Positions 60,001-64,000 of a DNA stretch of 64,000 nucleotides are shown here, piece by piece. The DNA comes from Eledone cirrhosa (Eukaryota). The notes below the pieces were generated by a model that had not been told where the DNA came from, did not search any database, and saw nothing but the letters and a program-made list of their open reading frames with translations. The translations under genes were made by a program, and so were the position numbers. How positions within the stretch are numbered: the first letter of the stretch is position 1; the number at the start of each line of letters is the position of its first letter. The stretch lies in NCBI GenBank assembly GCA_964016885.1, contig OZ024754.1:26040001-26104000 (forward strand). Direction: 5' to 3'.

Positions 60001-63000
60001 GTCGACACCATTACTGTCACGTCATCGGCGTAGGCCGACACCGCTTTCCGCAATCCCGGTTCCAAAGGGATGCCCTGCAACAACTCCAACTTCCGCAGTA
60101 GTGGCTCGAGAGTCAACACATACAGAAGGGAGGAGAGAGGGCACCCTTGTCGGATGGACCGCGCGATTTTGAACGGCTCCGAAAGGTAGCCGTTCACCTT
60201 GACCCTAGAGCAGATGCGGCTGCTGTGCATAGCAGTGATCCAGCCCCTGAAAACGGGTCCGAAGCCTGCCGCCGCTAGCACCGCATCCAGGTAACCATGG
60301 TCGACCCTATCGAACGCCTTAGATTGATCCAAGTTGATCAGAGCCCCACCAAAGCCGGGTTCGTTCCCAACCCTCTCTATGATGTATCGCATGAGGTGGA
60401 GGTTGTCATGGATGGACCTGGACGGGATAGCGCATGTCTGCGCATCTCCCACCAGGTTGCCCACGACAAGCGCCAACCTCTTTGCTAGCACCTTGGCCAA
60501 AATCTGTAACTCTGTATTTAGCAGTGTTATGGGCCTGAAGTTACTTATTTCGTCCCCCTTGTTCTCGTCCTTCCTCACTAGCGTGACTACGCCCTTGGTC
60601 ACAGTACAGGGAATTCTCCCGTTCTGTTGCCAGTTGCAGTAGACCGCCTCGAGGAGATCGGGGAACAAGTCCGGCATAGCTAGATATAATTCGTAAGGAA
60701 GACCATCGAGACCCGGGGATTTGCGTTTGCCGCATTGGCTCAGCACGTCCTCTATCTCAGCGGCCGAAATCGGCTCCTCGCAGGACTTCGCCTCCCTGTC
60801 CGAGAGGCGCAGCAGGCCGTCGAGGTATGGACCGAAGTCCACGTTCCCAACCGGCTCCCCGCCCCTCCCGAACAGTCGGGCAAAGTGCCTTTGAAAGGCC
60901 TCACACATCTGCTTAGGCTCAAGAATTGCCCGTCCATCCAGGTCTCGCAAAGACCGGATGGTGGATTTAGTTCCACTGTTGGCCTCTGTCACGCGGGCCC
61001 AGCTAACAGCTTTGGTCCCCTCGTTCCCTAGAGCACGTATTTTACTTCGGACAACGCAGCCTTCGTGCTTCGCGTCGAAAAACTGGCTCAAAGCCGTTCT
61101 CGACGCTAGCACTCTGGCCACGTCGCCGCTTCTAATTGCCTCTTCTACTCTATCTATTAGCTCCCTTTCCTTCCTATTCCTATCCGCAGCTAGAACCTTA
61201 CTAAATTCTATCGAGACTACTCTAATCTCTCTCTTTAGAGATACCCACCACCTGCTGTTGACGATCGCTCCAGTCAACCGTTCCTTAACTAACGTACTAA
61301 TCCGATTCCTGTAGGCTCTACTTGCCGGCAAGGACAAGTTGAGCTTCCAGTAACCGGGGCCCTGTCTATGAGTTCTGTCAAGGTTGACCATGCAGGTCAC
61401 TAATTTGTGGTCTGAATAGCCAACAATGCGCATTTTTGGACAACTTAAAAAGTCCTTATCCTTAATTCTAACTAAGAACCTATCTAGGTACGACCTAGAT
61501 GATCCGCTACGATTTGCCCAAGTCCAGGTTGGCGCAGTCGGAAAATCTAGTCGATATCTATCGGCCAGGTCAAATCGACCGATTAACCCTTTGAGGCTAT
61601 TACACCCCTCTCTATCGGGGCAGGCCCCTACGTAGTCCCAGCGTGCATCTAGGATACCATTCCAGTCCCCCACTAATAGCAAGGAGCGGGACGTCCCTAG
61701 AAAAGTCTCCAGACGATGGAAGAAGTCCGGCCGCATTGACCCGAAAGGGCCGTAGGCGGCTACCAACCTAAACGCTCCGCCTTTACCACTGCCAAGGTCC
61801 AGAACCACTAGTCGACCCTCCGGGTCCAAATGTACCATCTGTGTTGCGAGACCCAGATGTTTTTGCAGCAGAACGACAACTCCACCCCCACCTCCGGGCT
61901 GACAGAGAGATGCGTGCATCTCAAAGTCATCAAAGGTGGGGGCCAGCTGTCGCACGTTGCTGATCCGGGCCTCGCAAATAACCATCACATCTATACGTTG
62001 TGACCTGAGGTCATTTAGAAGCATTGCTTGCTTCCAAGTTGAACCCAGGCCACGCGCATTTAAACAGCCTACTCTTAGCATAGCCATGTTGGTGGTGAAG
62101 AGAAAAGGCACTTACCTCTCTGCGTCCCGGGTATCGGGCTGCACAATTTCCATTAGGGTGGGGGATGGGTTGTTGGGTGGGGTAGTGGTTTGTGGAAGTG
62201 TGGGGGCATCAGTGTGTTGTGTGGTTGGGGAGCTTGGAGTTGTGAGGGTGTTTGGGGAGGGGGTGGGATAGTTTTTTAGGAGGACGCGGTTAATGGGCCC
62301 GACGCAGGGGGGACCCACGTCCTCTTTAAAATTGTTTTTTAAAGTTTTATAGGTGTCCTGTGGGGCCTTAATCATTTTGAGGTGGGGGAAATCCTCTGCC
62401 TGGGTGAAGTTAGGCCCTTGTGTTTTTATTAGATTGTTGTTGTACACAATGTTTAACAGTTTTTTGTTTCTTGTATTTATGTATGTGTATGCATGTTTTT
62501 GTTTTTGTGTGGTGTTTTTTGTTTGCTGTTGTTGTGAGCTCTTTTGTGTTGGTGTCAGTGTTATGTTTTGGGGAGGGTTTTTTTTCATTTGTGTGTCTGA
62601 GGTGTTTTCTTTTTTTTCTTTTGATTGTGTGGAAGTGCTCCTCCTCGTCTGACGACGAACTAGGGTCATCTTCCGCGTTGGAGGGGAGGGGTATATTTTC
62701 GGGTTGTGTTTGCGGTACGGGTGTTTTGGAAATTGTTTTTGATGATATATAGATAGAAAGGGAGAGAGAGAAAAAGAAAGATATCAAGTGACAAAACAAA
62801 GAAACATGTGTACATGCAACTCATTAAAGTTTATACTCACTCGCTTATTTGAAGGAAATCAATTTCATGTTTAATGAAATAATTCCTGATTCTAACAAAG
62901 TCAAAATAAGATGGGATGAAGATGAGGGTACTGGACATTGTGGGGTTGTGTTGATATTTTGGTAGAATCTTCCAACAAATAATAATAATATAGATAATTT

Positions 63001-63748
63001 TATTAATAAGGTAAAACAAAATTTTAGTTGAAACAAACAATATAATTAATAAAATTAGAATTTTACAGTCTGTTAACATATTTAAAGAAGCCATACTTTA
63101 ACATTTAACAACCCACTCCAGCTGATTCTTACCAAAGAATTATCAACTCCAACACTGGTACTTTATTTATTGACCTTGAAAGGATGAAAAGCAAAGTTGA
63201 CCTCAGAGTGCCGTAAGCAGAAACATATACTGGGGCGTAATTAATCTGACCCTTTAATGACTCAGCCAATTCACCACCTTGTCTACATAGTACTAGAATG
63301 GATTTGATCCCTGAAACATTATTTCTTAACTAATGGCAGTTCCATTCTTGTTCACAAAGCTACTGTGACACGTCATTTAGTTAACAAATAAAGTCTGTCT
63401 CATGAGACATTAAGCAACAGATAGTACAATACACTGTATTCCATTGGATAGGACACTAGTCTCTCTCAAGATTAACTCCCCAACTGCTGCTAGTACTTAT
63501 TTTCCAGCTCAGTTGGCTGCAGCAACATGAAATCAAGTACCTTACTCAAGGTACAAAATGTCACCTAATCAGGGGATTGAAATCCAATGACCTTACAATA
63601 GTAAGATCAATGCTCTAACCACTAAGCCACACACCTTCATACTGTAAAGAAATCAATCAATAAAATTTATACTCACCTTTTTAATGAAAGTATTAAACCG
63701 AGTATCAACAGACTGACTGTAGCTTGAACTCTCAATACGATGGAATAT
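57052..63748 (-). CDS. UTP25: U3 snoRNA-associated protein 25 / digestive organ expansion factor, last four exons: 63748-63677, 62968-62841, 58093-57995, 57298-57052 (gene continues beyond the window)
   Basis: DTRFNTFIKKILP, TLIFIPSYFDFVRIRNYF, ISEYS, FLLYTERHHFY, GIRHIIFYELP.YPHFFSE.CN, LYSKYDVQRLASVVG; GT-AG introns in frame. Confidence 0.92.
58386..62739 (-). mobile_element. L1/Tx1-clade LINE with intact ORF2, 5'-truncated in the ORF1 region, in a UTP25 intron
   Basis: 16-bp TSD TGATGATATATAGATA at 58370-58385 and 62740-62755; 3' AATAAAAGAAA. Confidence 0.92.
58650..62087 (-). CDS. LINE ORF2: APE endonuclease + reverse transcriptase + C-terminal CCHC
   Basis: Uninterrupted ORF: LNARGL, GDWN, SYLDRF, SDH, GPGYWKLN, KSPGLDG, RQGCPLS, YADD, CPRC...H...C; ATG in CCAACATGG context. 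Confidence 0.92.
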   Translation of the reverse strand: MAMLRVGCLNARGLGSTWKQAMLLNDLRSQRIDVMVICEARISNVRQLAPTFDDFEMHASLCQPGGGGGVVVLLQKHLGLATQMVHLDPEGRLVVLDLGSGKGGAFRLVAAYGPFGSMRPDFFHRLETFLGTSRSLLLVGDWNGILDARWDYVGACPDREGCNSLKGLIGRFDLADRYRLDFPTAPTWTWANRSGSSRSYLDRFLVRIKDKDFLSCPKMRIVGYSDHKLVTCMVNLDRTHRQGPGYWKLNLSLPASRAYRNRISTLVKERLTGAIVNSRWWVSLKREIRVVSIEFSKVLAADRNRKERELIDRVEEAIRSGDVARVLASRTALSQFFDAKHEGCVVRSKIRALGNEGTKAVSWARVTEANSGTKSTIRSLRDLDGRAILEPKQMCEAFQRHFARLFGRGGEPVGNVDFGPYLDGLLRLSDREAKSCEEPISAAEIEDVLSQCGKRKSPGLDGLPYELYLAMPDLFPDLLEAVYCNWQQNGRIPCTVTKGVVTLVRKDENKGDEISNFRPITLLNTELQILAKVLAKRLALVVGNLVGDAQTCAIPSRSIHDNLHLMRYIIERVGNEPGFGGALINLDQSKAFDRVDHGYLDAVLAAAGFGPVFRGWITAMHSSRICSRVKVNGYLSEPFKIARSIRQGCPLSSLLYVLTLEPLLRKLELLQGIPLEPGLRKAVSAYADDVTVMVSTASEIEAVGTLLEEYEKFTGAKLNRDKSIGLQLGTWRGRPMPSDSAVGRWTEGPVKLLGVWFGPDLQVEKNWAEVTNRVFALTQKWASCKLSLKGRAEVANTYIASVIYYRLTVVPCPRETLTKMERTLFQFLWKRRAPMVRRSICCQHPSKGGLGMPWLVMRKHALRLRHLYVFLTGQPVWASFVRRTFPRLVSLTELQSWVKQRPRKLGAWHTECAQALTALWQADPVISGDSTATFYRGLVRSRCDDALGEALDMEEDELASLFGRTFSPGPMDNFQKSLAWQCYRGALPVRERLYRHGRPGRDPAKKICPRCVCDEETVAHALVHCSGVADLWGYVEQLLSRVGPIRLTTESIVMIKPPPPFKDEAEAVFLCVIAMAKEVVRWTRLKGLRSGTFLSGQQLVRFFRYHFGRRIRMEREVLHPSRFYERWVKVARMARVNGPSLYIRL

Positions 63749-63827
63749 CTAAAAAACGTGAAATTAAAACAATTACAATATCTATATATACATATGTGTA
63801 TGTATATGTGTGTGTGTGTGTGTGTAT

Positions 63828-64000
63828 ACGGTTGGCCACGAAAGGTTTCTCTCTAAAAATGAAAGGCAGATTGTACGATGCTTGTATACAAACAGCAATG
63901 TTTCATGGCAGTGAGACATGGGCATTGTGTGCAGAGGACCTGCACGGATTGGAAAGGAACGAAGCATGTATGCTCCGTTGAATGTGTAATAGTAATACAC
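63828..64000 (+). mobile_element. RTE LINE fragment
   Basis: KGRLYDACIQTAMFHGSETWAL...ERNEACMLR. Confidence 0.75.

Overview
Eukaryotic, AT-rich, repeat-dense genomic DNA. The (TA)n/(CA)n microsatellites and SINE/LINE families look cephalopod (octopus)-like, which is an inference. The right half holds four genes: an angel (CCR4/EEP family) homolog (-, 4 coding exons), CDPF1 (+, single coding exon), an NPC2/ML-domain gene (+, 4 exons), and the last four exons of UTP25/DIEXF (-). One UTP25 intron carries an L1/Tx1-type LINE with an intact ORF2 and a 16-bp TSD. The left ~33 kb has no recognisable host gene. It contains a decayed RTE LINE, a full-length Gypsy LTR element with a tRNA-Trp PBS, a deleted Tx1 copy, hAT/Helitron-type MITEs and SINEs. 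The main signal is that this left half carries 17 complete type I hammerhead-ribozyme motifs (CTGAnGA-stem II-GAAA-short, mostly palindromic stem III-NUH) from about 10 unrelated sequence families. They occur as tandem pairs, inverted fold-backs and a circularly permuted ~330-nt unit, as expected of Penelope-like pLTRs and retrozymes. I found none in the genic half. All motifs were identified by eye; none has been folded computationally or tested.
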